Shown piece after piece: positions 35,901-49,462 of a stretch of 64,000 bases of DNA. How positions within the stretch are numbered: the stretch's first letter is position 1; the number at the start of each line of letters is the position of its first letter. The notes under the pieces were generated by a model. The model ran no database searches, was not told the origin of the DNA, and saw nothing but the letters and a program-made list of their open reading frames with translations. A program made the translations under genes and the position numbers. This stretch comes from Macrostomum lignano. Taxonomy: Eukaryota. The stretch covers positions 221,196 through 285,195 of the forward strand of contig NIVC01001332.1 in NCBI GenBank assembly GCA_002269645.1. Reading direction: 5' to 3'.

Positions 35901-38900
35901 TCACTTAATGCAAATTCGCTCGATTTCTGAATAGCCTACTCTCTTCTGGGCATATGAACGCGCAAGACTATCGATTTTTGTTCTCCCACGTCAGTGCTAT
36001 GGTTTAAGCCATAGACAAAAGTTTCAAGCATCGAAATCAAGCTTACTAGTAGGGATTCAGCATGGCTTTCCTATTAGATATCAGAGCGAAAGCAAGGAGT
36101 ATATATATTTTGACTTTTCTCCTTTGCTAGAGCACAAATTCTTTTTCATTTAAGCAAGTAAAAACAATTGTCTAAATGGCTGCCGGAGGAAGAACCCATG
36201 AAGACCGAGTGCTGGCAAATATCGAAGAGTTGAAATACACAAGCGAAGATTGCTGTGCGGCGACTTGTACCAGCACTAGTACCTCTGTAAACGAAGATGG
36301 CATCCCGATTCGCATGCACCAGTTTCCGAAGAATCAGTCCATAGCATTGAAGTGGCAATCAATGCTGGAGTTACGACCATTTCACTCGAGAAGCTGTGGA
36401 AAATGAAGTGGAAGGTATGCAGCTTGCATTTTACAGACGAGGCATACAATTGCCCAAGACTACGCCATGACCGAAGTACAAGGCTACGGTAGGATGCTGT
36501 TCCTGACAGAGAGCTGGTGTTGCCACGACTAATCAGGGAGAAGCCACTAGAAATAATTCGGAGTGACGATGCGGCTGATAATACGTACCCACCTGTTCTG
36601 TCGCGCTTTGACGTGGAAGACGCAGTTCCAGAAGCAGATCAGATTCCTTCAATAGCAGTTGATTTAGCTAGCGCTGCTCCACGAGAACCAACTGCGTCTT
36701 GCTCTGCATCATTTCTACGACTGCATGCATCGTCCAGCAAAGTAGCTGGAAACCTACGACGAAAGCTGTGTCGGCAGGAGAAGACGATCGATAAGCTGCG
36801 GCGCAAAATCGAAGACTCGCAGGTTGGAAAGTTCAGCAGCAGCAGCAGCAGCGCCCTTCACCGTCTAGTGCAGAGCTCTATGAAGCAAACAAAGTCTCGC
36901 CACCGTGGCATGCGTTGGGCTGTCGAAGACATCTGCTCTGCTATTCAAGTGCATCACAAAAGTCCTGCCGCGTACCGACTTCTGCGAGATCAGTGGAAGA
37001 TGCCATTTCCATCAGAGACGTCAATTAAACGGCGCATCAGATTGTTTTTTCAGGAAGAAGGCGTTTGTGAAGTTACCATGAAGCTGATGAGAAAAAAGTT
37101 GCAAGACTGCACAGAGAAAGAGCGAGTGGCCACTCTTTGCTTTGATGGAATGAGCTTGTCAGGATGTGTGCGTTACAGCCAGTACAAGGACAAGATAATT
37201 GGCTTTGAGACTAATCCTGCTCAAGCGGATGCACCAAAAGTTGTAGACGAAGCGGTAGTAGGCGTAGTCGCGGTATTTTGCACAACTGGAAGCAGTCGAT
37301 TGCATATTACCCTGTGCATCGGAGTCTCGGACAGGAAGGTTTTCGTAACGCGATTGAAAGTTGTCTGACGGCGTGTCATAATGCAGGAATTATTGTTGTA
37401 GCTTTGGTTGCAGACCAAGAGACAAGCCAGTGGAGCTACTTATCTAAGTTGGTCAGCTCTTCCAAGCCGTTTCTGCACCACCCAGTGACAAACGAGCCTG
37501 TTTTTGTCATCATTGATATCCCTCACTGCCTGAAAAATGCGCGAAATGCTTTGTTCAAGAACGAAATTGTGTTCGACGATTGCAAAACAGCAAAATGGAA
37601 GCATGTTACGGACTTCTATCAGGCCGATAGTCGCAACAAGCTTAAATTGGCACCAAGGTTAAGCGACAGTCACTTCAACCTACAGGTTGGAAACAAAATG
37701 AAAGTATCTCTCGCGGCGCAGATTTTCAGCCATTCAGTCGCCAGTGGAATCCGAACTTCGGTGTATCACAAAATAATAGAATCCGATGGAGAGCAAACAG
37801 CAGAGTTTTTAGATAGAATTAATGGCATATTTGACATTCTTAACTCAGCTCACTTATTCGATAAGGGTCTTAAAGCGCCCCCTTTCTCGAGATATTCTTG
37901 AAGAGCAGATCACAGAACTGGAGGCAGCTGAAAGCTTCTTACACAGTTGGAAATTTAGACCTCACAGCGGAAGGAAGCAAAAGACTACAATGAAGTTCAA
38001 GGAAGCGTGGCTGCTGTCTATCTCATCGATCAAAAGTCTGGCCAGATCGCTGCTGCAAAACGGCGATTTTCAATACATCTGCACTAGGAGGCTAACACAG
38101 GATCACGTTGAGGTGCGTTAAACAGCCTTTTACCACTAGGCATGTTAATTATTGTAGCTTAGAGATGATTAAATAACAACTTTTTAAAAAATTAAATTTT
38201 CAATTGTAGATCTATTTAGCGTCATCAGAGGCCGCAATGGGTTCAATGAAAAGCCAGAGCTTCCTGCCTTTATTGGTGCCCTACGATCGATTTCTGCGAG
38301 TGGCATAATGAAAGCCGAGTCAAAAACCGGAAATTGCTCCAGCGACCAGTGCTCTGCTGGCGTCACAGCAGCATGCATTACTCAACCGCTAAATTTACCA
38401 GCCGGATCAAGCGCATCTTTTGCCGAAATCGTGCCGACGACACGCACAGATGAGGGGCTCCAGTGCAGTTTGCAGCCGCTTGCTTCTCCTGACACATCAA
38501 TCGAAGCCATGGAATATGTTGCTGGCTACGTGTTAGCAAAAAGTGGTGTACTGGATTGCCTGGATTGCAAGGAAACTCTGACCGCTCAAATCCCATCTGG
38601 AGTTCACTTGCCCAACAAGCAGTACAGTGCCGTTCACACTGGATTGACAGAACCATCGGAAGCAGTTCTGGAAAGTTTTATGCTGTTGGAATCTTTATTT
38701 GGCTCATTATCAAAGACTACATTGCTGCAGAATCACGTGAGCCATTCAGTTTTGAGATGCTTCCGACACGCAAATGTGACCTTCCCCTCGTGCTCCGTGC
38801 ACACGGAGATCGTCTGGCAGCAACTGTGCGTCAAGTTCGCTCGTCTCAGACTGCATCACTGGTGCCGCTGTGAGGCCAAGCCGCTGAAGGATAGGACAGC

Positions 38901-41900
38901 GCGATGCTCAGCAAGCAGAAAGATGAGTAAACATAATTAACCTTCGTGTTTGTATTAAACATTTAATTGTATTTCGTTCTTTGTCACATTCGTGAACTTC
39001 AATTTGTTCATGAACATTTGCTTTAACTACCGGGTAAGTAGCTAGCTTAAACTATAAAGTAAAATTTTGTTTTCATAATGCTTTTGTCTTGCCCAAATGC
39101 TTTATATGTACGAGTATAATATTTACTTTTGTGAAATCTTCTTTCAATCTGTGTATACATGATAAGTTGATACGACCCTGTGCATCAAAATATATATACA
39201 TATACTCGTAAGTGCAATGCGCATGCCTCTATTATGACAAGTTTAAACCAAGCCCACATTTTTGTTAATTTTTTTTCATTTTCCGTCGGTGTAAATAAAC
39301 TTCAATGATTGAAAAATGAGGGTCTGAAATGTCAAAACTTTTTTGTCTACATCATAATCTAAATATAATATTAAAATTTTACTTGGTGCACAAATATATC
39401 CAAAAAACTCTATACAGACGCCCAATTGAAAGTAGCTTATTCATGAAATAGGCGAGTGACCCATCTAGTGTTTTTATTATCTATGGTGTTCTACTTGACT
39501 AATAAAGTACACATTTAAATTGTAATACTTTCAAATACTTAACTACTATTCATATAAGTTTAATCACTATTTGTTTCAATTGAATCTAGTGTCTACTGGG
39601 ATGTCAAATTTCTTGCTAATCAAAATAAAACTACATTTTGACTGTACTTTTTTCTGTTAGTAGTGTAATTGTAGTTAGATTTTATTAATAATTAAATTTG
39701 AACTTAACTTTCTACTGTCAGTAGTGTAATTAGTTTTTTCTCACTAATTGAAATAATTTAAATTCAAGGCTACATTTTACTTTACTTTCTACTGTCAGTA
39801 GTGTAATTAGTTTTTTCTCACTAAATTAAATAATTTAAATTAAGACTACATTTTACTTTACTTATTACAGTCAGTAATGTAATTCGATTACTAACTAATT
39901 AAGTCTAGGCTACATTTTACTGTACTTTCTACTGTCAGTAGCCTATCGAGAACCAGTTGCACAGCGCCGCAGGTGAAACTCACGTTAGCGCCGCTTTCCA
40001 TAGCGCGAACAAACGCGCACGACTCGTTGGTGCAGGACCGGACGGTCTCCGTGCGGCCCTCCTTGAACAGCCGGGTCATGGAGGCCTCGTAGGTCAGGCA
40101 GAACTCGCCGCCGCTGTCCCTGAAGTACGCCAGCTGCAGGGCCAGCTGGATGAACGCGTCGGGGCTCATCGAGCAGCGCTTCATGGCGCCTTTGCCGAAC
40201 TGCCGGTGGACGACCAGGTGAAGGTCGACGTCGTTCAGCAGGTCGGTGGCAACGCGAAGCTGGCTGGCGATGACGGAGCGACAGGCGTCGTTGAGGTCCC
40301 ACTGGAGGCGGATGGGGTTGGGCACGGGGCCTTTCGGTGTGCCCTTGCAATGACCCGTCGCAGTGTATCTAAAAGCATAAAAATATTCAAGTAGACATGT
40401 CAACTAAAATATTTGCTGAAAAATTAACGAGCTACTTTAAGTACAAATGTGAGGATTTTTGTAGAAATTTAGTCCTAAGCGGGTAAATGAAATTATGGAA
40501 TTACCCAGTGTCTGGCACAATGTCATAGGTGATGACAGCCTCTTCCCACAATTGCGACATTACTGGAGCATCGGCCCTAAAGTAGTAAGGTAAGCTTTTT
40601 TATTATCACTAAAATTTCCGTAAAATAAATAGCAATAAAATACAACTTTTATATAAAACTTACCAACTGTGTTCTGCGTTGACGCCAATCTGTAACCAGT
40701 TAGATAGATGACAGTGAGATTGACTTGAGATTATAAATAAAAATTAAAAAAAATTATAAATAGACATTTTCACAATACTGTCAATTGTGTCTTGTCAAAC
40801 CAGTTACAGCACGAACTACAATATAATCCATAGTAGCTAGCTAGCATAGGCCACTTCCGGTCAGAACTACTATTCGTAAGTATCATCAGGAGCCACTTCC
40901 AGTCTGAACTGTCATCCAAATAGATTATCAGGGGCCACTTCCGGTCTGACTGTCATCCAAATAGATTATCAGGGGCCACTTCCGGTCTTAACTGTTATCC
41001 ATAGTGATTATCAGGAGCCACTTCCGGTCTGAACTGTTATCCAAATAGATTATCAGGAGCCACTTCCAGTCTGAACTGTCATCCAAATAGATTATCAGGG
41101 GCCACTTCCGGTCTAAACTGTTATCCATAGGGATTATCATGAGCCACTTCCGGTCTGAATTGTTATCCAAATAGATTATCAGGGGCCACTTCCAGTCTTA
41201 ACTGTCATCCAAATAGATTATCAGGGGCCACTTCCAGTCTTAACTGTCATCCAAATAGATTATCAGGGGCCACTTCCAGTCTAAACTGTTATCGATAGGG
41301 ATTATCATAAGCCACCTACAGTCTGAACTGCTATTTCCTACGAAATCATTTCCGGTCAGGAGAATAATAACTAATGACACTCAAAATACGCATAATTTCA
41401 GCTTAGCTCACCCGTCCATTGGCGAACACGATCAGCGAGAAGGACTTGTCGAACCAGCGGTTCCGCCCGTTGCCATGCAACAGGCTCTTAGCGAAGTGGT
41501 CCAGCTTCGAGTCATCCTTGGGATCGTAGTCGGCCTCTTCATCGTCCAGCACAAGGACGAACGCCGCCCGCTCCACAGCGTCCAGACTGGTCTTGTTGAC
41601 GCCTCGCCTAAAGAAGTCTTTGCGGGCTCGAGCCCAGACCTTCCGCTCGCCTGCCGTCAGGGCCGCCAGCTCCGCCTCGCCTGGCGCAGGCGGCGACTTG
41701 TCGTCAACGATGCGCTGGAACTGCGCCTCCAGCTCGCACGGCTCCAGCCAGCGGTTGCCGTAGTGGAAGTACACCTTGTAGAATCGGCCAGAGTGGAACA
41801 CGGCAATGTGCCGCGTGTCGTTCAGGTGCATCAGGTAGTCGCGCTCCTCGCCTGTTCAATTCATAGACGGGTTTATTTTTCAAATTGACTGGCACTTTAA

Positions 41901-44900
41901 ATCCAGATAATGAAACTTATCAAAACCAAACTTTTTTTAAAAAGCGCCACTTCTAATCCTGAAGAATGACACTTTCAATTTTTATTGAAAAATGGCACTT
42001 TTAATCTTGAAAAATGGCACTTTCAATCTTTATTTAAAAATGGCACTTTTAATCTTGAAAAATGGCACTTTTAATTTTGAAAAATGGCACTTTTAATCTT
42101 GAAAAAGGGTACTTTCAACCTTTATTTAAAAATGGCACTTTTAATCTTGAAAAATGGCATTTTAAATCTTAAAAAATGGCACTTTGAATCTTGAAAAATG
42201 GCACTTTTAACCTTGAAAAAATGGCACTTTTAATCTTGAAAAATGGCACTTTTAACCTTGAAAATGGCACTTTCAATCTTGAAAAAATGGCACTTTTAAT
42301 CTTGAAAAATGGCACTTTTAATCTTGAAAAATGGCACTTTTAATTTTGAAAAATGGCACTTTTAATCTTGAAAAAGGGTACTTTCAACCTTTATTTAAAA
42401 ATGGCACTTTTAATCTTGAAAAATGGCATTTTAAATCTTAAAAAATGGCACTTTGAATCTTGAAAAATGGCACTTTTAACCTTGAAAAAATGGCACTTTT
42501 AATCTTGAAAAATGGCACTTTTAACCTTGAAAATGGCACTTTCAATCTTGAAAAAATGGTGCTTTTAATCTTGAAAAATGGCACTTTTAATCTTGAAAAA
42601 TGGCACTTTCAATCTTGAAAAATGGCACTTTTAATCTTGAAAAATGGCATTTTTAATTTTGAAAAATGGCACTTAATCTTGAAAAAGGGCACTTTCAATC
42701 TTTATTTAAAAATGGCACTTTTAATCTTGAAAAAATGGCATTTTAAATCTTAAAAAATGGCACTTTGAATCTTGAAAAATGGCACTTTTAACCCTGAAAA
42801 TGGTGCTTTTAATCTTGAAAAATGGCACTTTTAACCTTGAAAATGGCACTGTCAATCTTGAAAAAATGGCCCTTTTAACCTTGAAAATGGTGCTTTTAAT
42901 CTTGAAAAATGGCACTTTTAATCTTGAAAAATGGCACTTTCAATCTTGAAAAAGAACTGGCTCACCTGGTATCCTAGTAGTGGCAAACTGTCTCTCATAC
43001 TGCCAGCTACACAGCGGCACAGTGTCATTCAGTAGAATCGGCGGCATCTCCTCCCGGCAGATGCGGCGCCAGAACTGCAGCATCGCCCAGGACACGTTTG
43101 CCGCCCTGGCCGCTTGAACCCGGGTTGGCCTGACGAATATCGCGTCCACTGCGTAATAGTTGGAGTTCACCATTATTGGGTCGCGGCTGTACAAGTAGAC
43201 AAATTCTTCCCACCAATCGCTGACGTAGTTCGGAGCCCACCAGGATTTCAGGCGCAAATAGAATTGCAACTTCCTGGCAATGCCCGTGCTCTGCGGGTGT
43301 TGGTATAAACACCTATATCTATCTACTTCTGTAGCTACCTCTAGCTACCTGTGTAGCTACCTCTATCTACCTGTGTAGCTACCTCTTATCTACCTGTGTA
43401 GCTACTGGTACCTCTATCTACCTGTGTAGCTACTGGTACCTCTTATCTACCTGTGTAGCTAATTCTATCTACCTGTGTAGCTACCTCTTATCTACCTGTG
43501 TAGCTACCTCTTATCTACCTGTGTGGCTAATTCTATCTACCTGTGTAGCTACCTCTTATCTACATGTGTAGCTACCTCTTATCTACCTGTGTAGCTAATT
43601 CTATCTACCTGTGTAGCTACCTCTATCTACCTGTGTAGCTACCTCTATCTACCTGTGTAGCTACCTCTTATCTACCTGTGTAGCTAATTCTATCTACCTG
43701 TGTAGCTACCTCTTATCTACCTGTGTAGCTACCTCTTATCTACCTGTGTGGCTAATTCTATCTACCTGTGTAGCTACCTCTTATCTACCTGTGTAGCTAC
43801 CTCTATCTACCTGTGTAGCTACCTCTAGCTACCTGTGTAGCTACCTCTATCTACCTGTGTAGCTACCTCTTATCTACCTGTGTAGCTACCTCTTATCTAC
43901 CTGTGTAGCTACCTCTTATCTACCTGTGTAGCTAATTCTATCTACCTGTGTAGCTAATTCTATCTACCTGTGTAGCTACCTCTATCTACCTGTGTAGCTA
44001 CCTCTAGCTACCTGTGTAGCTACCTCTATCTACCTGTGTAGCTACCTCTTATCTACCTGTGTAGCTACCTCTTATCTACCTGTGTAGCTACCTCTATCTA
44101 CCTGTGTAGCTACCTCTATCTACCTATGTAGCTACCTCTTATCTACCTGTGTAGCTACCTCTATCTACCTATGTAGCTACCTCTTATCTACCTGTGTAGC
44201 TACCTCTTATCTACCTGTGTAGCTACCTCTATCTACCTGTGCAGCTACCTCTATCTACCTGTGTAGCTACCTCTATCTACCTGTGTAGCTACCTCTATCT
44301 ACTGGAGTAGCCAAACTCGTGTACCCTCGTAGTAGCTACCTATACTCTACCTACTTTTGAAGCTAACTCAGCCTATTTTGTCTCACCTCATTTTACCTTT
44401 GTCTACCTCACTGACTATTTTTGTCTACCTACCTCACCGCACTATCCGCTATTGTAGCCTGACTCACTCGGCCAAGATTAAGAAAACCCACCTGAAATTC
44501 GGCAGCCAACCGTCGCATTTCAAGCATTTCCTCGTCGCCAAGCAGCGGCTCCATGGAGACCAGATACCGGCGCACCGTGTCGCCAACGGACGGCAGCGGC
44601 AGACGGGGCAGCGAGTTTTGAAACGAAAACAAACCCGGCCGACGATTTCTTAACAGAGTTTTGGCCAGAACCGCCCACACTTTGGTCGGTCGCGACACCC
44701 GACCTCGGGCTTCGTACATCCAACCGTGATAGGCTAGCATCTGGCCAATCAGCAGCTTATAGATCAGCACTACTAGTAGCCACAGTATGCAGGCTATGAG
44801 TGCGCAGGAGGCGTACGTGTCGTGAGGCGGCACCACGCCTAAGTAGCTGCATAGGGGTATCAAAAGGATTAAATACAAAACTATGAATAGGATTAGTGAT

Positions 44901-45521
44901 GAAAGGTGCATGGAGTGCCAAGGTGGGAGACAGAGAAGTAGGCTTGAGAAGGGCTGAGAGATGGAGGTAAGAGTAGTGTGGGAGGAGACAGAGAAGTAGG
45001 GTTGGGAAAGGCTAGGAGAGGGAGAGAGAGTAGAGTGGAAGGGGGAGGCAGAGTAGGGTGAGAAAGTCTGACAGAGGGAGGTAGAAGTGGAGTGGGGGAG
45101 GGAAACAGAGAAGTAGGGTTGGAGAGGCAGGGAAAAGACGTTACACCGAGACTACAAAGAGGCTTCATGATAGGCTCAGAGCATCCGCAGTAGAGAACTC
45201 TTAGTACAGAGAGTAAATAATGTGTCAACTCTTTGCCACTCACCGCACAAGCAACGGGTTGAGCTGTTTCACATAGCCAAATGATAAATCGTTGCCAAAC
45301 ATAGTGGCAAAGATCATCACTAACATCATTGTTAGCAGGCTGCTCGGCTTAGCAGGATAAATCCCATTGCGCAGTCGGTTTTTAAACCTGGCGTACCACT
45401 TTTTATAGGCTCGAACTCCGGACGCCCAGACGCGTAGCAGGGCGTCGTGATCGAATTCAAATTCGACGCCCTGGTCGGTGATATTAAATGCGAACACTAC
45501 AGCTTGATGGGCCTCGGCCAT
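32906..45521 (-). CDS. CPT1: Carnitine O-palmitoyltransferase 1 paralogue B, 9 exons, ~767 aa
   Basis: Exons 45521-45244, 44846-44492, 43290-42966, 41851-41412, 40689-40664, 40576-40505, 40368-39984, 34318-33959, 32968-32906, all GT-AG and in frame. Same CPT1 motifs including NAEHSWAD; ends [20 protein letters not shown]. Confidence 0.93.
33130..33935. repeat. 15-bp minisatellite (GAGGATCTGGGATCT / GAGGATCTGACATCT), CPT1-B intron 8
   Basis: Two sub-arrays with variant units. Confidence 0.95.
34755..35440. repeat. 25-bp minisatellite (AATCTTACAGATTCACCAATTCATC), CPT1-B intron 7
   Basis: Visible units. Confidence 0.95.
35876..39485 (+). mobile_element. P-element superfamily (THAP/THAP9-like) DNA transposon, full length but decayed
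   Basis: ~30-bp imperfect TIRs CACAGATACTAAAACACTAGATGGGTCAC and CATAGATAATAAAAACACTAGATGGGTCAC; 8-bp TSD GTGTTCTA (35868-35875, 39486-39493). Confidence 0.92.
36176..38940 (+). pseudogene. THAP + P-element transposase pseudogene
   Basis: THAP motifs CCAATC...HQFPK...W...KVCSLHF...DAVP; catalytic region [27 protein letters not shown]. Frameshifts at ~36375, ~37270, ~37870 and at the ~38113-38209 intron junction; in-frame TAG at 36490. Confidence 0.88.
40850..41330. repeat. ~42-bp minisatellite (GCCACTTCCRGTCTGAACTGT...), CPT1-B intron 4
   Basis: Visible units. Confidence 0.9.
41960..42950. repeat. ~22-bp minisatellite (AATCTTGAAAAATGGCACTTTT), CPT1-B intron 3
   Basis: Visible units. Confidence 0.95.
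43320..44340. repeat. 22-23-bp minisatellite (TATCTACCTGTGTAGCTACCTCT), CPT1-B intron 2
   Basis: Visible units. Confidence 0.95.
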
Positions 45522-46329
45522 GGCTTTGTTTCGATTAGCTGCAGCTGAGGCAAACAGCAAAATCTATTTGATTATTAAATAGCAAACGAGACTCTTTTAT
45601 ACAACCTTTACCCCTTCGGTCTCTCTGTCTCTAACCCCAAAGGCTGGTCAAAGGTTATTATCACAAACACAACTATTTTATATTTTAGTAAAGATTTCCT
45701 CTGTGTACTATGAAACCTTCTAAAGATTGGGTTTCAGGCAAACTAGAAAACTTGCAGAAGTTGAATCCAGTTTAGGCTTTATAATACAAAGTAACACCTA
45801 AACATAAGGTGGATCTAAGCGCGTCCTATAGGTGAATATGTTTACGAATTTTCTTATCTAAATTTGTCACTCGCAACGATAAGCGGACATTCTCCAAGCC
45901 AGTATTTTTATAACCAAACCTTCAAGCTATTTTTATCAATGCAAAAAGATTGCTCCGCGCCAGAGGGCAGAGACAAGAAAACGACCTTTCGACTTAAACG
46001 ATTGAAACTTTACCCCCCCCCCCGAGGGCAAAGTCTCATTGTAACCTTTTAAGCTTTCAGTTAAGTTATCAGATCATAAAATCGCTATATCGTAAGCATA
46101 TTTTAGAAAAATTATGAAAAACTACTGACAACTCAAGGTAGGAAAAGATAGTAAGGGACAAGTGAAAGACTGAATTTTACAGAATAGTACCCAGAGACTG
46201 TCACCCAGTGTATACATTTCGGTCAAAAACACCAGCATTGAAACATAATGTTACTTTTAATTTGTCAAACACGACAGAACATCATCGCAAAACAATGCAC
46301 GACTAGACTATAACTACTCTAGTTACTGT

Positions 46330-46990
46330 CTGTGTCAGATTAACCTGACAACTAATCCAGTCTGTGTCAGATAAGCCTGACAGCTAATCAAGTCTGTATC
46401 AGATAAGCCTGACAGCTAATCCAGTCTGTATTCAGATAAGCCTGACAGCTAATCCAGTCTGTGTCAGATCAGCCTGACAACTAATCCAGTCCGTGTCAGA
46501 TAAGCCTAACAGCTAATCCAGTCTGTGTCAGATAAGCCTGACAACTAATCCAGTCTGTGTCAGATAAGCCTGACAACTAATCCAGTCTGTGTCAGATAAG
46601 CCTGACAACTAATCCAGTCTGTGTCAGATAAGCCTGACAGCTAATCCAGTCTGTGTCAGATAAGCCTGACAACTAATCCAGTCTGTGTCAGATAAGCCTG
46701 ACAACTAATCCAGTCTGTGTCAGATAAGCCTGACAGCTAATCCAGTCTGTGTCAGATAAGCCTGACAACTAATCCAGTCTGTGTCAGATAAGCCTGACAA
46801 CTAATCCAGTCTGTGTCAGATAAGCCTGACAACTAATCCATTCTGTGTCAGATCAGCCTGACAACTAATCCAGTCTGTGTCAGATAAGCCTGACAGCTAA
46901 TCCAGTCAGTGTCAGATTAGCCTGACAACTAATCCAGTCTGTGTCAGATCAGCCTGACAACTAATCTAGTCTATGTCTATGTCAATGTCA
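46330..46990. repeat. 32-bp minisatellite (CTAATCCAGTCTGTGTCAGATAAGCCTGACAA)
   Basis: Visible units. Confidence 0.95.
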
Positions 46991-48679
46991 AATTAGCCTG
47001 ACAAATAAGCTAATCTGTGGCAGATGGGCAAGATCAAATTACATAAAATTAGAAAATAGTAAATTTGAGTTAGACTACTATAAGTTGTTGCATATAGAAA
47101 ACAGAAAACAGGAATTTAGTCAATTTTTTTACTAAAGATATAAAATATAAAGAAAAGTCCTAATCCTAACTATCTAATTGATAATACCCTATTGAGGCTT
47201 AAGCAATATTAAACCTCTATTGTACCTTACTGTTTATATTTTGTAGTTTATATCTAATATATCATATGATTCTGACTATCACTGTTAAAAATAAAGAAAT
47301 GAAGAAAATATTTATTATATTCTTTGCTTAGCTTATTGCAACAGACAATGTAAATTCTATCTAAAAGGCTATTTGGATGTTTTTTAGTTTCAGTTTTACA
47401 ATCCTAATTTTAGACAAATTATAAGTTATGATAAACTTTATTTAGCATATTTCTTGCTTATCTAAACTGCTAGCTATCAATATAATTTGGATAAAAAATT
47501 GTTCAAAAACATGGTATAAGGAAAAAGAAATATCTAGAAAAAAGTGACAATTGTCACTTTTGACAAGTGAAGAGTGAAGAGAAATTTTACTAATTGGTAG
47601 GGTTTTTAATAAAACCAGAGCTAGTCAACTGTTTCTATAAAAAAGATAAAAAGAATATATATTTTTATTTAATAAACTACTAGAAAACATAAATTTAAAA
47701 ACTTTATTTGCTACTAACTTATCTATTTGTAGTTTTTGCATATAATGCCAATGGCTTTCATTTTGACTAAGTATTTGATTATCTTTCTTATTAATAAGCC
47801 ATTGTGCAATATGAACACAGGCCAATAACTAATTTTCATATTGAAATGTGCAATTCATTATCTATATATGACTAGATATTATACTAACATATGAAGCAAG
47901 TTCTTTCTTTTAAATATTTTATAGGCCTAATAGTAAATGTTTTTATATACCCCCTGTATGACTTAGGGGGCTATAATAGATTTCTATGCTTTTTAGTACT
48001 TGGCATTTTGGTATCTTAGATTGTTTTTTCAGTGTCTCAGTTTAAAATATATAAGTAATGAAATAATCTTACAACAATATAATAAGTTTTATATAAAACT
48101 TTTGATTTTTCTCATAAAAGTAGTATCCATTTTGTTAAATTAGCATGTTTATTTAATTTTGAAAATTCTATTTACTTTAACTACATTTGCTATTGATGCT
48201 ATATATGCATTTAGCCTATAAGGTTACATTTGACTTAGAATTTGTGCTAAGAAGACTTAGGTAACAATGATAACCAACAACAATGCTATATAAAATTTTG
48301 GTCAAAATTATAAAATGTGACAAATCTTTTTAAATATGATTTTATTTCTTAAATAACATATAATCATGTATGCTTTGATTGCTTAAAAAATGAAGACAAA
48401 AAATTAAATGAAGAAGAAACTACTTTTTCAACAAAAAAACAGTAGATTAGCTTAACAAAATGAAAAGCAAATATTTTTACTTTAGTCTAGATTGCAAACT
48501 TGCAAAGCAATTATTGTTAAATTAGATGCTAGATCTAGGGCTTATTTAATTCTTTTGTTTCTAATTCCATTTATAATTTAGGCCTCAAAAAGCAAACTAG
48601 GCCTAGGGCACCAAAATGCCAGGTACCGAAATGCTGGATACCATGGATACCAAAAAACAGAGTTTACCCAACACTTTAA

Positions 48680-48818
48680 ATGAGAGATAGGAGAGTAGAG
48701 AGAACAGAGGAGAGATCAGAGAGAAGAGATTATAGACTAGAGGAAAGAGGAGAGACAAGGAAAGAAGTGAGGAGAGAGAAGAGGAAAGAGGAGAATGAAG
48801 AGAGTAGAGAATAAAGAT

Positions 48819-48901
<83 letters not shown>

Positions 48902-49170
48902 GAGTAGAGAGTAGAGTAGAGCAGAGAGAAATAAGAAGAGATAAGAGAAAAGATAAGAGAAGAGAAAGGAGAGATGAGAGAGCAAAGATAAAAGGGAAGA
49001 GATAAGGGAAGAGATGAGAGACAAGGAGAGAGAGAGGAGAGATAAAACAAGAAAAGATATGAGAGGAAAGAGAGAGAAGAAAGGGGAAAAGAGAGAAGAG
49101 AAGAGATGAGTTGGAGGAAGAGAAGAAAGGAGAGACAAAGGATGAGAGAAGAGAGGAAACAGAAGAGAAG
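48680..49170. repeat. Polypurine tract with (GA)n microsatellite
   Basis: Visible. Confidence 0.9.
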
Positions 49171-49462
49171 ATACAAGTTGCAATGGACCCAAGGTTATAT
49201 AGGGAAAGTTAGAGGCAAAGGCCAGAGTTTGCCAATACATGTTTTAGAGTCAGACAGACATTGCCTAACATTCTATATAGCACCCAAGCTAACAATATCA
49301 AATGTTTGCCTCAAATCTTAATTTTATACAAATGTACTCCATTTTATATTTAGGCCTACCCTATCCTACTAACTATTAACAAGTTTTTGTTTGAATATAG
49401 CCTCAGATTTAAGAGCACATGCACAAATATTTCCAGGAATTGTAATTCCCCAGGTTAAAAAT

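Noticed and set aside
14813-45521. CPT1 duplication as a pure haplotig artefact
   Set aside because: Half of the coding sequence and most introns are highly diverged, with different intron positions, so two real loci exist. Local cross-polishing still needs checking.
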